Source: a virus (lineage: Duplodnaviria > Caudoviricetes). Taken from it: 60,478 bases of DNA. The stretch lies in the IMG/VR virus record IMGVR_UViG_3300010354_000096, positions 1-60,478 of that record; one strand, written 5' to 3'. The notes beneath the pieces were generated by a model. That model was not told the origin of the DNA. It saw nothing but the letters and a program-made list of their open reading frames with translations, and did no database searches. Within the stretch, counting starts at the first letter, position 1. Each line of letters starts with the position of its first letter. This document shows positions 11,101 to 20,500 of the stretch, in pieces. A program made the position numbers and the translations under genes.

Positions 11101-11790
11101 CCATCCGAATCAAATGAAGGAAAAAATACAAAACTAGCTATAGTGAGGGGAGAGGACGGTGGTAGCGATGGAAATGGCGGAACAATTCTTACAGAAAGAC
11201 CTGAAGCTGTTGCAGCAGGTTTGATAGGACTTATACCAGGTGAATCGAAGCAATATCTGAGATTATCTGCGTTACCTGATTTTAATGCAATGAAAGCTGC
11301 TGCTAAAGCAGCAGGATTTTCAATTACAAGCAACGCAGATCCAACAAGAACAGTTGACGATCAGGTGAGGATTTGGAAAAAAGACAGAGGTAAAAAGGGT
11401 GGACCTCCCGTATTCTGGCCACATGAATGGTTAACACCGTCTACTCCCAAATATGGGCCAATTATGAAATTTGGACGTGATAGTTTAACTTCGGGTGGTG
11501 AGCCGGGTCAGGTTGCACCACCACTTGGATACCATACTAAATACGGGAAAGAATACAGAGAAGGGTCTTATCATCAGAAAGGTAGAGCAATTGACGTTGC
11601 AGGAGGAGGTACGGGCGAAACAGCAAAAGCACTGGGTTTATCAGGCGATTATAAAAAATATCAAGAAAAATATCAGGGTCCTGCACAAAAATGGATTCGT
11701 GAAAATGGTCAAAAATATAACTGGTTTTCGTATTGGAACGAAATATGGCATTTTAATTATAAATTTAGTGGTAATGTAAAACCGTCATAA
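8161..11790 (+). CDS. multi-enzyme tail lysin: alpha/beta hydrolase + GH24 lysozyme + degenerate CHAP-like + M15 peptidase
   Basis: IVGFSGG nucleophile elbow; YEGIRYQVYDD..YPTIGIGHL..GLRKRRNAEYEMF (GH24); KWSGIWVDHCL..TFGGNT (CHAP-like); SYHQKGRAIDV..EIWHF (M15). Confidence 0.8.
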   Translation: MAGPLEPRVELRSKWGRFKSSKKALNAPLVFCCGGIPLGVDFGCEGKACVALPGEYMWPENEDGSPGSPSASAKYNGYSILTDFNVYTPMYTSGGKGSTGNHWKGYDANTFARESWNELQSILTRYGIKPSKKIIVGFSGGVAFVTRNIPTFGGSWKYWDTILLAGAWAPDIGDEKPIQTAKKQNPNTYYFSGGPAAGADNFDNPGYDATAQLFGKDFIKQKKPNHMVLVPVTAQWIKDNIQVSSTGEAATPSGAATSTGTGGTPNPTSTSAGTGGTATPTKKTVTTTTLQTTGPGWLKPGNIVADEKGLKFLKQYEGIRYQVYDDKGGKIISDYSQARGYPTIGIGHLIGAGERDFYSKYLGGREKMTEAEVLALKKKDIPRFAKPLNDRLKEPVTQNMFNAMLSLGFNTGMNGAAIKKAIAAVNAKDYEGAANAIANGPKTSKGVVMEGLRKRRNAEYEMFKEGMPSSPPTAQNTSGPSETVTSEVVEENGTNAQVATASNDCNDLQKEDAKLKSNESPEGAKEEEVAKDPLPPPKDETPVSLDGKYNHRFYILPTKEAKPLTLAEMVDKKQKYYKRYWAWRTEENPGYGVVANENKLVSDDGKNLITGLVPYWPPHSGSFDDIKEPTVKGKWLELIKGQKEIQSFLDIPILLNAYDVGVYNDNIGYVFEAGNELHMTLLEKVFLTNKGSQIGIGNAVNTTITDKKNQDSSWREWPKWSGIWVDHCLKKSGYSLHGDINVNINTYHEKVLSAGKLINYPGNKEWKWKDLKAAGMQDLVFKPSKIWYDTANLNSDELLKDSGDIAIFIVDYHIKKDGTLTERGQKLLDKIISLNWKLGVVSAVKSHTAQSNQLYAEVLVYLDKTGKMVTFGGNTTPRGADSIPGGGPYHIAIKETNFKDFAILAGDNWVNGAVFVSNVKSAPEGHRVGGLDSKIYTTDIFKDYYKRVDNEKGKLTGRMYNFLLPYIDQKPAAPAPAKIEPSESNEGKNTKLAIVRGEDGGSDGNGGTILTERPEAVAAGLIGLIPGESKQYLRLSALPDFNAMKAAAKAAGFSITSNADPTRTVDDQVRIWKKDRGKKGGPPVFWPHEWLTPSTPKYGPIMKFGRDSLTSGGEPGQVAPPLGYHTKYGKEYREGSYHQKGRAIDVAGGGTGETAKALGLSGDYKKYQEKYQGPAQKWIRENGQKYNWFSYWNEIWHFNYKFSGNVKPS

Positions 11791-11905
11791 AAGATTTATA
11801 TAATAAAGATACTTCTTGGTTTCCTTAAATTACTGAAAATATATAAAAATGATATTTATATTTTTAGAGAGGTTATTATTAAAAATTATTTGAGTAGGTA
11901 TTCAG

Positions 11906-12340
11906 ATGGAATCAAATCAGTTTTTTAAGAAAATCCGAGAGATAATCAGAGAAGAAATAGATTACGCTTTGGATAAAAAATTAAATACTCCACCAGTAAG
12001 TAAAAAAAGTCAAAAAGAGGCTATTGAACATGGTTTGTCTTTAATAAACCAATATAGAGATAAACCAAAACCAACTGTAAAACCAAAACAAACTAAAACA
12101 GGCTATGGTTCTGTACAAGATATTTTAGCAGAAACTCGTAGAACATTACAAGAAAGTGCTGAGATGGATGATGAATTTCACTTTACTTCACAAGATGCTC
12201 AAGGTTTTGGTATGAGAGGAAATAATAGTGTAATTCCTAAAGGTTATGAATCAGAGCAAGTATCTGAAGATGTTATGAAAGCGTTGACTCGCGATTATTC
12301 TGCACTTGTTAAAAAAATGGATGAAAAAAAAGGGAGATAA
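11906..12340 (+). CDS. hypothetical phage protein
   Basis: 144-aa ORF downstream of an ATATTTATA motif; IREIIREEI start and ALTRDYSALVKKM end. Confidence 0.7.
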   Translation: MESNQFFKKIREIIREEIDYALDKKLNTPPVSKKSQKEAIEHGLSLINQYRDKPKPTVKPKQTKTGYGSVQDILAETRRTLQESAEMDDEFHFTSQDAQGFGMRGNNSVIPKGYESEQVSEDVMKALTRDYSALVKKMDEKKGR

Positions 12341-12343
12341 TAC

Positions 12344-12838
12344 GTGGCAACATTTAGAAGAAAAAGAGAATTTGTAAATCCTAATAATCCTAATATAAAC
12401 TTAGGTAAACCAATTGGAATTTTAATTCCATTTAATGCTGCATCAGGAATATTTAGGCAAAGTTTTACAAATACTCAACAAGTTTTATCTAACTTGAAAA
12501 ATCTTTTGTTGACCTCAAAAGGTGAACGCTATATGTTACCAACCTTTGGAACAGAAATTCGTACTGTATTGTTTGATAATATTTCAAGTGAGGAAGAATT
12601 TACAAGTAGATTGAATTCTGAAATAGAAACTGCAATTACAGAATGGATGCCGTTTTTAACAATAGTTCAATTGGAAACTATAATACCAGCTGTTGACCCA
12701 CGATTAGATGATCCAGGTCATGCGGTTTCTATAAAATTGGTTGTAAAAATTAGTGGTACAAACATTTATCTACCTATACAGATATTTATATCGGATACAG
12801 GAAACTTACAAATAAAAGAGGCAATCTATAATGGCTGA
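12344..12838 (+). CDS. baseplate wedge subunit, T4 gp25-like
   Basis: NLKNLLLTSKGERYMLPTFG..IETAITEWMP motif; GTG start with GGAG SD. Confidence 0.88.
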   Translation: MATFRRKREFVNPNNPNINLGKPIGILIPFNAASGIFRQSFTNTQQVLSNLKNLLLTSKGERYMLPTFGTEIRTVLFDNISSEEEFTSRLNSEIETAITEWMPFLTIVQLETIIPAVDPRLDDPGHAVSIKLVVKISGTNIYLPIQIFISDTGNLQIKEAIYNG

Positions 12839-14732
12839 TTTAGTTAAAAAAGACATTCGTTATCTTTCAAGAGATTTCTCTTCTTTGAAACAAAACCTTA
12901 TTGATTTTACAAAAAATTATTTCCCAAACACATATCAGGATTTTAATGAAACATCTCCAGGAATGATGTTTTTAGAAATGGCTGCGTATGTTGGTGATGT
13001 TTTGTCATACTATACTGATGTTACTTTACAAGAATCAATGATTTTACATTCAACTGAGCGTGTAAATATATTAAATATTGCACAATCACTTGGTTATATG
13101 CCAAAAAATAGAATTGCTGCTAATGTAAAACTTGATGTTTTTCAAATAGTTCCTGCTAAAACTATAACTTCTGATAGTGGAAGTCAAGTTGTACCAGATT
13201 ATTCATACGCATTCGCAATAGAACCTGGTATGGTAGTTGGTGCAACAACTAATTCTGATGTTGAATTTAGAACAGTTGATTTTGTTGATTTTAAATTTAG
13301 TAGCAACATAGATCCAACCGAAGTTACTCCGTTTGAAGTTGATGCAAATGGTGAAGTTTTATTTTGGTTATTAAAAAAATCTGTAAGAGCGGTTTCTGGT
13401 AAAGTAGAATATTTTGATTATGAATTTAAAGACCCAAAACCATACGATAGAGTTGTACTGAATAATCCAGATCTTATAGAAATTTTATATAGTATTGATG
13501 AAGATAATAACACTTGGTATAATGTACCGTACCTCGCTGCTGACACTATATTTAACCCAGTTATAAACATTGCAAGAAACGATGTTGAACTTTCAGCGTA
13601 TAGAGATGAAACTCCTTATCTTCTTAAATTAAAGAAAGTTTCAAGAAGATTTACAGTAAGGACAGTTGATCAAGGGATATATGAAATACAGTTTGGTGCA
13701 GGTGTTGCTGATTTGGATGATGAGGAATTAATTCCAAATCCAGATTTAATTGGAAGTTCTTTAACTGGTATTGAGAGTTCTGTTTCTTTGGATATAGACC
13801 CATCTAATTTTTTATATACTAAAACATATGGACTTGCTCCAAATAATACTACAATTAGAATTTATTATACAACCGGTAAGGGTATGGCAGATAATGTTTC
13901 TAGTGATACACTTACGAGAATTTTAAGCAGAAGTATTTTACTCGATGAAATTGGTCTTGATAATATTTTATATACTCAAATAATTGCAAGTTTGGCAGTT
14001 ACAAATCCAAAGCCTGCCATTGGTGGTAAACTTGGTGATGAAATTAATGAAATACGTAACAATGCTTTAGCTAATTTTGCTGCACAAAACAGAGCGGTAA
14101 CAAAAGAAGATTATATTATTAGAGCATATACATTACCTTCAAAATATGGTTCTATTGCAAAAGCGTATATTACAAAAGATACAAATTTAACAGTTGAATC
14201 GATATACAATACGGAAAGAATACAAAACAATTTAGCATTAAATTTTTATGTATTAGGATATGATGCTGATAATAAATTGACGGTTATTAATGATGCAACT
14301 AAAGAAAACTTAAAAACATATTTGAACTACCATAGAATATTAACGGATGCCATTAATATTCGTGACGCATATATAATTAATATCGGAATTGAGTTTGATA
14401 TAATAACTTTTCCAGATCAAAATAGTAATCAAGTTATATTAAGATGTATAAACAGATTAAAACAATATTTTGATATAAATAAATGGCAAATAAATCAACC
14501 TATTATAATTAGTAATATATTTACTGAATTAGATAGAATTGACGGTGTACAAACTGTTGTTGATGTTAGGTTAACAAACAAATATGATCAAACATTAGGA
14601 TACTCACCACATGCTTATAATTTACAAGAAGCAACAAGGAACGGAATTGTGTTTCCTTCCTTAGATCCTTCAATTTTTGAAATAAAATATCCAGATAATG
14701 ATATTATTGGTAGAGTGAGGGCATTCGGATGA
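12831..14732 (+). CDS. baseplate wedge subunit, T4 gp6-like
   Basis: RDFSSLKQNL, MFLEMAAYVGDVLSYY, IAQSLGY, AQNRAVTKEDY motifs; follows the gp25-like gene. Confidence 0.88.
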   Translation: MADLVKKDIRYLSRDFSSLKQNLIDFTKNYFPNTYQDFNETSPGMMFLEMAAYVGDVLSYYTDVTLQESMILHSTERVNILNIAQSLGYMPKNRIAANVKLDVFQIVPAKTITSDSGSQVVPDYSYAFAIEPGMVVGATTNSDVEFRTVDFVDFKFSSNIDPTEVTPFEVDANGEVLFWLLKKSVRAVSGKVEYFDYEFKDPKPYDRVVLNNPDLIEILYSIDEDNNTWYNVPYLAADTIFNPVINIARNDVELSAYRDETPYLLKLKKVSRRFTVRTVDQGIYEIQFGAGVADLDDEELIPNPDLIGSSLTGIESSVSLDIDPSNFLYTKTYGLAPNNTTIRIYYTTGKGMADNVSSDTLTRILSRSILLDEIGLDNILYTQIIASLAVTNPKPAIGGKLGDEINEIRNNALANFAAQNRAVTKEDYIIRAYTLPSKYGSIAKAYITKDTNLTVESIYNTERIQNNLALNFYVLGYDADNKLTVINDATKENLKTYLNYHRILTDAINIRDAYIINIGIEFDIITFPDQNSNQVILRCINRLKQYFDINKWQINQPIIISNIFTELDRIDGVQTVVDVRLTNKYDQTLGYSPHAYNLQEATRNGIVFPSLDPSIFEIKYPDNDIIGRVRAFG

Positions 14733-15901
14733 TTTATACATTATACGCTCAAAAAGATACAACTATTTATGAACAGTTTGAAACTCTCAATACAGGATTG
14801 GATCAGTTGTTAGAATTATCTCACCAAAAAGCATCAACTGCATCATTTGTTTATAACAGTCGTATATTGATGAAGTTTGATATGAGTGAAATTGAAAGTA
14901 AAGTAAATGGTGGTAAAATTTCACAAAATGCAAAATATTATTTATCATTACGTTCTGCTGATGTTAGAGAAATACCACAAGAATATGTTGTTTACGCTTA
15001 TCCATTAAGTTCTTCTTGGACTAATGGAACTGGTAGATATTTTAATAATCCAATAACTACAGATGGCGTTTCTTGGAAATATTCTAATTCAAAAATAACT
15101 GGAACTCAATGGGATATTCCACCTACTATTGAAAATTACGAATGGGATTCTATTTCTCAAACTTGGGTTGACGCTAACCTTTTATTTGGTGTGAATCTTT
15201 CGGCTTTTGTTACTTCTTCATACAGTTCTAAAGAAGGTGGTGGAACATGGTGGGATTATGATAATGTAGAATGTACACAATCTTTCTCTTATGAATCTTC
15301 CGATGTTTACATGGACATTACACAAATAGCTAAAAAGTGGATAACTGGTTCTGGTAAATTTGTTAATGACGGTATGATTATAAAGTTTAGTGATGAACTT
15401 GAAAATTCAGGTGAAAGTTTAACAAGTTTAAAATTTTTTAGTACAGATAGTAATACAATATATGTTCCAAGATTACACGTTGTATGGGATGATTCTATAT
15501 TTATTACTGGTAGTTTAACTCAAGTTAATATTGATGGATTAACACCTAATATTAAATTAAAAAAGTTTTATTCTCAAAATGAAAAACCAAAAATAAAAAT
15601 ACACGCTAATAAAAGATTTCCACAAAAAAATTATACAACTGAAGCGTATCATTTAACAAACTATTATTTACCTTCTTCATCTTATTATGAAGTAAGAGAC
15701 GCACACACAGATGAAATAATATTACCGTTTGATTATACTGGTTCTAAAATAAGTTGTGACGGTACAAGTAGTTACTTTAATTTATGGATGAATTCTTTTC
15801 AACCAGAAAGATTTTATAGAATAGTATTAAAAGTAGAAACATCGGGTGGAGATAATGTTCAGATATTTGATAACAATTATTACTTTAAGGTTACGAGATA
15901 A
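14729..15901 (+). CDS. virion structural protein, DNRLRE/CBM96-like beta-sandwich
   Basis: KDTTIYE..NTG..SRILMKFD and LKFFSTDSNTIYVPRLHV pattern; located in the baseplate operon. Confidence 0.5.
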   Translation: MIYTLYAQKDTTIYEQFETLNTGLDQLLELSHQKASTASFVYNSRILMKFDMSEIESKVNGGKISQNAKYYLSLRSADVREIPQEYVVYAYPLSSSWTNGTGRYFNNPITTDGVSWKYSNSKITGTQWDIPPTIENYEWDSISQTWVDANLLFGVNLSAFVTSSYSSKEGGGTWWDYDNVECTQSFSYESSDVYMDITQIAKKWITGSGKFVNDGMIIKFSDELENSGESLTSLKFFSTDSNTIYVPRLHVVWDDSIFITGSLTQVNIDGLTPNIKLKKFYSQNEKPKIKIHANKRFPQKNYTTEAYHLTNYYLPSSSYYEVRDAHTDEIILPFDYTGSKISCDGTSSYFNLWMNSFQPERFYRIVLKVETSGGDNVQIFDNNYYFKVTR

Positions 15902-15903
15902 TT

Positions 15904-17490
15904 ATGTTAGAACGTGATATATTGACTGGTGGGATAATAAGTTATACTGATGATAGTGAAATTCAAAATCAAGGAGTTCTTGACGTAGCAGTATTGGACG
16001 GAAGATACGTACGTAGCGATTTTTCTCGTATAATAGATACTACTTTTAAGTCTCTACCTGCTGCTGCAAAAGCAGAGAAGACGGTAATGGATAAGATAAA
16101 AAAAGCACAGGCTGATATAATGAAGCCAAATTCAGATGCAATACTTCCATTATCAATAGATACTTCAAAATTAACAGACGCACAATTAAAAGAATTAGCT
16201 AAACAAAATTTCTTATCAAATATATCCAATTTGATTAGTATGGACAGTAACACAACTACTGGTATGCAATATCAAATGAATCAAATGCAAGAACAATTGG
16301 CAACTAAAGATTCTATTATAAGTCAACAAATACAAACAATTTCAAAATTTGATGATGTTCTAACATCGGTTTCAGCAGAAAGAGCGTTGGCTGTTGCAAA
16401 AGCAGAAAGGTTACGTGAAGCGAATGTTTCATTACAAAGACAAGCCGATGAAAAATTATCAAGGATACAAAATGAAGTAGTTGCTCAAAGAAAACAAGCA
16501 GAACAATCAGCAAAAGAATTAAAAACTGCTTTGGTAGATAATATAAGTGCAACAAATACAAAACAAGATGTTGATATTGAACAAATTAAATTGCAAAATT
16601 TACAATTACAGCAAAATCTTCAAGATACAAATAAAGCTATATCCGATACAAAACAATCTATTATAGATTTACAAAATTCAGTAAATACTCCAACAAATGA
16701 TTCTGCTGGAACTACTCCAACGGACACACCACCACCAAGTGGACCAACTACTGATTCTACTATATTAACAGCACTTGGATTACAAGAATCAGACGTTTCA
16801 TATGGTAACGATGCAAATGGTAATAGAGTTATGAATGTGCTCAAAAGTGTAAAAGTATCTTCACAAGTAGTAAAAAATGGAGCACTTACAGTAAATTTTG
16901 GTGTTGTTAATGGAACATTTGATTGTTCTGGTCTTGGATTAACAACTTTAGCAGGAGCACCATCTAAGTGTTCTGAATTTAATTGTTCAAATAATTTGTT
17001 AACCTCATTACAAGGTTCACCACAAATTGTTTACGATGGAACCGTTGATTGTTCTAAAAATAAATTAAAGGATTTATTAGGTGGTCCACAAACTGGTGCT
17101 TTTACTAAATTAGTAGGTGATGTAGAAAATGCACAGCGTAATACTTTTTATAGATATGACTGTTCAAACAATTTATTGAACACTCTAAAGGGGTATCCTC
17201 AGACTGCTTCCGATTTAGGTGGAACTACTGATGTTACGGTGATAATGGCTGATTTTAATTGTTCAAACAATCAGTTTCTTTTTGTAATAGATGGTGTAAC
17301 TGCCACACCTGAAAAACAACCTATGAATAGATTTAATGCAAGTAATTGTATTCTTACTGATGAAACTTGGGGACGTTCTGACGTACGTTGGACAACCTTA
17401 GAATTTAATGGTGCAAATCAACAAAATGGAAAAAAATTAGATGCTAATAAGGTTAAACAATATACAAAAGCACAAACAGTTATAGTATAA
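15904..17490 (+). CDS. coiled-coil structural protein with C-terminal LRR module
   Basis: Q/E/K-rich heptads, P/T linker, then GTFDCSGLGLTTLAGAP and FNCSNNLLTSLQGSP repeats. Confidence 0.7.
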   Translation: MLERDILTGGIISYTDDSEIQNQGVLDVAVLDGRYVRSDFSRIIDTTFKSLPAAAKAEKTVMDKIKKAQADIMKPNSDAILPLSIDTSKLTDAQLKELAKQNFLSNISNLISMDSNTTTGMQYQMNQMQEQLATKDSIISQQIQTISKFDDVLTSVSAERALAVAKAERLREANVSLQRQADEKLSRIQNEVVAQRKQAEQSAKELKTALVDNISATNTKQDVDIEQIKLQNLQLQQNLQDTNKAISDTKQSIIDLQNSVNTPTNDSAGTTPTDTPPPSGPTTDSTILTALGLQESDVSYGNDANGNRVMNVLKSVKVSSQVVKNGALTVNFGVVNGTFDCSGLGLTTLAGAPSKCSEFNCSNNLLTSLQGSPQIVYDGTVDCSKNKLKDLLGGPQTGAFTKLVGDVENAQRNTFYRYDCSNNLLNTLKGYPQTASDLGGTTDVTVIMADFNCSNNQFLFVIDGVTATPEKQPMNRFNASNCILTDETWGRSDVRWTTLEFNGANQQNGKKLDANKVKQYTKAQTVIV

Positions 17491-17504
17491 CATAGGATAT
17501 TTTA

Positions 17505-20500
17505 ATGTCAAATTTTAATTATACAAATATAGACTCAATACTTTCAGCAACGAATCCTATTCGTGGTACGCGGTTTAAATTAACTTCTATACGAAGAAAA
17601 TTAGTCGTGCCTGTTATTAGTGATCCAGAAGAACAATATTTTGGTAGGGAATCATCACTTGAATTACACGTATTTTTACCAAACACTACTTATGTTGATA
17701 ACTCTTCTTTGTATGATGTTCCATTTAAAATAGAGTCAAGAACTGAGCGTGTTACCATAGGTACTTCTACCGAAACAGTTACAAGAAAGTATGTTTTAAT
17801 CGATGTACATGACCATATTCAAAATTTATTACAGTTACCGCCGGATAATTATAAAATTGTTTATAACTTTTTTAGAAATCTTATCGGTGGTGCTACTGAT
17901 GAAAACGGAAGATTATTTATAGCAGAAATTTCACAAGATAGACGTGAATTAAAATTAGCACTTAAATATCCAGAAAATACTGCTGCGAAGACTTCATTAG
18001 AGCAATTTGTGTTGAGTTATTTAGGTTCAACACGGTATTTACCATCTGTTGTATTAAATTTTGGTGAAAATTTAATAGTTGATGTTATAAATGTTACAAA
18101 CGATGGAGATAACACATACTTTTATGTAAAATTATATGATGCACTCCCACCTGAAATTGATTTATATTATGAATGTTGGCTAGGAAGTCAGATTCTAAAA
18201 CCTTGGATAGATAATGTAGTAGTTAGAAGTCAAGAAGCAATTGATAAAATTCCTTATATCAAGGGACCAAATTTTGAAGTTGACTATGATTATTGGGTAA
18301 ATACCGAAACTGGATATAAGTCTTGGAATGATTTGTTGTCAACCAACGTACAAACCTCTCAAGAAATTCTAAATAGATATGTTAATGATACTGGTTCTAG
18401 TGTAAAATTAAATGTAGATTATAGAGACTTTGCCAACTTCGTATTTTATTCTTCAGCAGAAGATAGAAGTGCTAATTTCTTTTATAAACTTGGATTAATT
18501 GAAACATATAATACACAACTTTTACTATTGGATACCTATACTGGTTCCGTTAGTGCAAACGTTGTTAACGTTAAAAATTTACGAAATAAAGTAGAACAGG
18601 GTTTTGATGATTTTGAAAAATGGTTGTATTATGAAACAACTGCAAGTAATTTTTATACTAGTCAATCTGCTGCAACAATAACCCCTTATCCAAAATATCA
18701 AGTTGATCCAACTTCTAGCGATTATCATATTTTAACAAAAGAAGGTAAATATAAATTATATTCTGTTTTATCCGATACTGGTATTGATTGGTATAATGAC
18801 TTAGTTGACTCTGGACTTGAATATGATTTGAAAAATTATAATTCATTGCAAAAAGCAATACCAGAATACATATTAGATGATGGCCAGAGTGAGCAATTCA
18901 GAACATTTGTAAACATGATTGGTCAGCATTTTGACATTTTATATTTGTATACCGATCATATATTAAAGAAAAACACAAGAAAAGAAAATCCAAAAGATGG
19001 ACTTTCTCAAGATTTAGTTTATGAAACAACAAAAAATTTAGGTTGGACACTTTCAAGTGGAACTCAAACAAAGGATCTTTGGGAATACGCACTTGGATTG
19101 AGTGGAAGTGGTGAACCTATTTGGACAGGTAAAACAACAATAAATAAATACCTTTCAAAATCAGAAGAAAATAGAACAAAAGAAGTTTGGAGAAGGATAT
19201 TAAATACTCTTCCGTATGTATACAAAAGCAAAGGAACTTCAAGGAGTATAAAGGCTTTACTTTCTGCATATGGAATTCCTTCAACTATTCTTTCAATTCG
19301 TGAATATGGTGGACCAGATAATGCAGACTTTGGTGAAATTCCAAGAGCAGAATGGGATAAACAAACATATTATCTTGGGTTTTTAGGAAGTAAGCAACAA
19401 CCAAAAACAAATCAATATGTGCAAGTTCCTTGGGAAAAAGTAAACAACGCTAATAGTCAATGGCAGTATCCTGATACTTTAACTTTCCGTTGGAAAATGC
19501 ATAATGCAAAATACTATCCATACCATGATAATAAAGTTCAAACTATTTTACAAAAACAATCTGGCAGTAGATTAGATTGGTATGTAACAATTGCAAACGA
19601 TGGAACTGATTATGACAAAGGTAGTTTGACTTTCCACATGAGAGGTGAAGATGTTACTACAACTGGCGGTTGGTCAAAAATATCAGCAGGGTTTAATCAT
19701 ACAAGTGGTGTAAAATCAGATGGTACATTGTGGACATGGGGTCAAAACACTCATGGTCAATTAGGAGACAACACAGTTTCACATCGTTCTTCACCTGTTC
19801 AAGTTGGTTCTGATTATAACTGGTCATACGTTACTACTGGTGATTACTATACAATTGCTATTAAAACAGATGGAACTTTGTGGGCATGGGGACAAAATAC
19901 TTATGGTGAACTTGGACAAAGTGATACAGTTTCACGTTCATCGCCAGTACAAATTGGAACACTTGCAAACTGGTCAAAAGTTGATGGTGGTAATAACCAT
20001 GTTTTAGCAACAAAAACAGACGGTACACTATGGGCATGGGGTTTTAACGGAAATGGTGAATTAGGAAATAGTACAACAATTTCTCGTTCATCACCTGTAC
20101 AAATTGGAACTTTGTCTACTTGGTCTTCTGTGACTGCCGGTTCAAACCATGGATTTGCAATAAAGAATGATAATACGCTATGGGGTTGGGGTAGAGGTGC
20201 ATTTGGAGAATTAGGTGATAATACAACTAACAATTCTTCTTCACCAATACAAATAGGAACAAGTTTCTCAACAGTTTCAGCAGGTGGTTATTATACATTA
20301 GCAGTTAAAACTGATGGTACACTATGGGGATGGGGTTATAATAACAAATACCAACTTGGACTTGCAAACACAACAACATATTCATCACCTGTTCAAATTG
20401 GTACTGGATATGCTTCTGTATCCGCTGGTCCAGATTCTGGTGGGTTGAATTATGCAACTTCATTAGCAGTTAAAACAAATGGTACTTTATGGGGTTGGGG

